This document shows, in pieces, positions 62,560-64,000 of a stretch of DNA of 64,000 bases. The stretch is from Eledone cirrhosa (lineage: Eukaryota): contig OZ024742.1 of the NCBI GenBank assembly GCA_964016885.1, positions 298,344,001 through 298,408,000 of the forward strand. Direction: 5' to 3'. Each line of letters begins with the position of its first letter. The first letter of the stretch is position 1. Below the pieces are notes generated by a model. It was not told the DNA's origin, made no database searches, and saw only the letters and a list, made by a program, of their open reading frames with translations. The translations under genes and the position numbers were made by a program.

Positions 62560-63981
62560 ATCATCATCATCATCAGGTTTAGCGTCCGTGTTCCACGCTT
62601 GCATGGGTTTGGACGGGGGTTTTCCCACTTGAGGCAAGAGTGGTTGTCTTGCTCGCATAGGACTGTCTGGCGGGTTTTCTACAGCTGGATGCCCTTCCTA
62701 ACACCAACCACATTTACAGTGTGGGGCTGGGAGGTTTTTACCGTGTTGCCTACACGGCCACATTACAGCGTGGACTGTCTGGCGGGTTTTCTACAGCTGG
62801 ATGCCCTTCCTAACACCAACCACATTTACAGTGTGGGGCTGGGAGGTTTTTACCGTGTTGCCTACACGGCCACATTTACAGCGTGGACTGTGTGTTTTTT
62901 TGTCGTGACACCTACACAATCTCATTTGTTTCGGCCTGGATGTTGTGGGACCAACATAACTTTACATTGAAAGGGGCGGTGTGGATGGGGTGGAACGGGG
63001 GTGTGTTTTGATAGAGATGCCTACTGACTGTAGTAGGTTTTTACTTTGTATTTAGGTAAGGCGGGTCTTCTCTATTACTGAGTACCGCCAAAGGTCTCGG
63101 TCCAGTGACATTGTCTTGGAGAGGTGTAAGCGTGTGAGGTCAGAATTTATCATGTCGTCCCAGGTTTTTCTGGGTCTGCCTACTCCGTGACTAACGTCTA
63201 TCTTTATTGCCCTGCACTTTGTTATACAGCTGTCGTCTTTCATGCGCATCACGTGACCGTACCAACGTAGCCTTCTCTCGAGTAAACAACATCTGATCCC
63301 TCTTATTTCTAATTTCTTCCTTAGTTCATTTATGCTTAGCCGTTCACGTATATTACTATTGCACATCCAGCGGAGCATGCAAGCTTCGTTCCTCTCTAGT
63401 CTGCGTATATCCTCTGCACACAATACCGAGGTCTCACTGCCATGCAGCATTGTTGTTCGTATGCAGGCATCGTATAACCTGCCTTTCATTTTTAGGGAGA
63501 ACCCTCTAGCGGCTAATAGTGGTATAAGCTCTCTGAACTTTTTCCATCCAGTTCTGACTCTAACTACTGTACTTTCAGAGCACCCTCCCCCACTGCTGAT
63601 TTTGTCACCCAGGTAACGGAAGCTGTCCACTATTTCTATAGAACCCTCTGCGCAATTGAAAGAGCTAGTATTTGGTGGGCACATGCTGCTATTTATTGCA
63701 CCAGAGCACCGGCCACATGTAAAATCTATGTTCTTAGTTAGCTTACCTGTGATCCCACTACATCTTTTATGCACCCATACTTTGCATTGGGGGCATAAAA
63801 TGGAGTTTCTACCTACGCCTTTCCTACACACTGAGCATGGCCATTTCCTGGAAGGGACCACCGCCTTATTTTCTTTCCTACAAACTAGAACTTTAGTCTT
63901 AGCCAGGTTAATTTTAAGGCCTTTTGATTCTAGGCCGTGCTTCCATGTTTGGAATTTCTTCTCTAGTTCGGTCATTGATTC
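62560..63981 (-). mobile_element. RTE family A 3' half
   Basis: ORF 63052-63975; near-identical to 31820-33240 including the internal UTR duplication. Confidence 0.95.
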
Positions 63982-64000
63982 TAATGTATTTATTTATTGA

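Overview
AT-rich animal DNA, intergenic or intronic. The repeat families resemble those of octopus/coleoid cephalopods (inference). No host protein-coding exon can be supported. The window is a transposon graveyard centred on a ~30 kb (TA)n/(TACA)n microsatellite island (~24.4-54.8 kb). Contents: >15 copies or fragments of RTE-clade LINEs (APE + RT with a PHD-like C4HC3 finger inserted in the RT, (ATG)n tails); at least five Penelope-like element (PLE) remnants (RT and/or GIY-YIG); one CR1-like and one R4/Dong-like fragment; three SINE types; non-autonomous Helitrons in a 22-bp minisatellite; piggyBac-like MITEs. The main signal is not visible in the ORF track. About a dozen minimal type I hammerhead ribozyme motifs (CUGANGA...GAAA-short loop-UH) occur here. 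Many sit in five non-coding fold-back mini-elements from four unrelated sequence families. Each has an inverted repeat plus an unpaired 56-80 nt tail, is inserted in (TA)n, and several have the fold or inversion point at or inside the ribozyme. All calls are by eye; nothing was searched or folded computationally.
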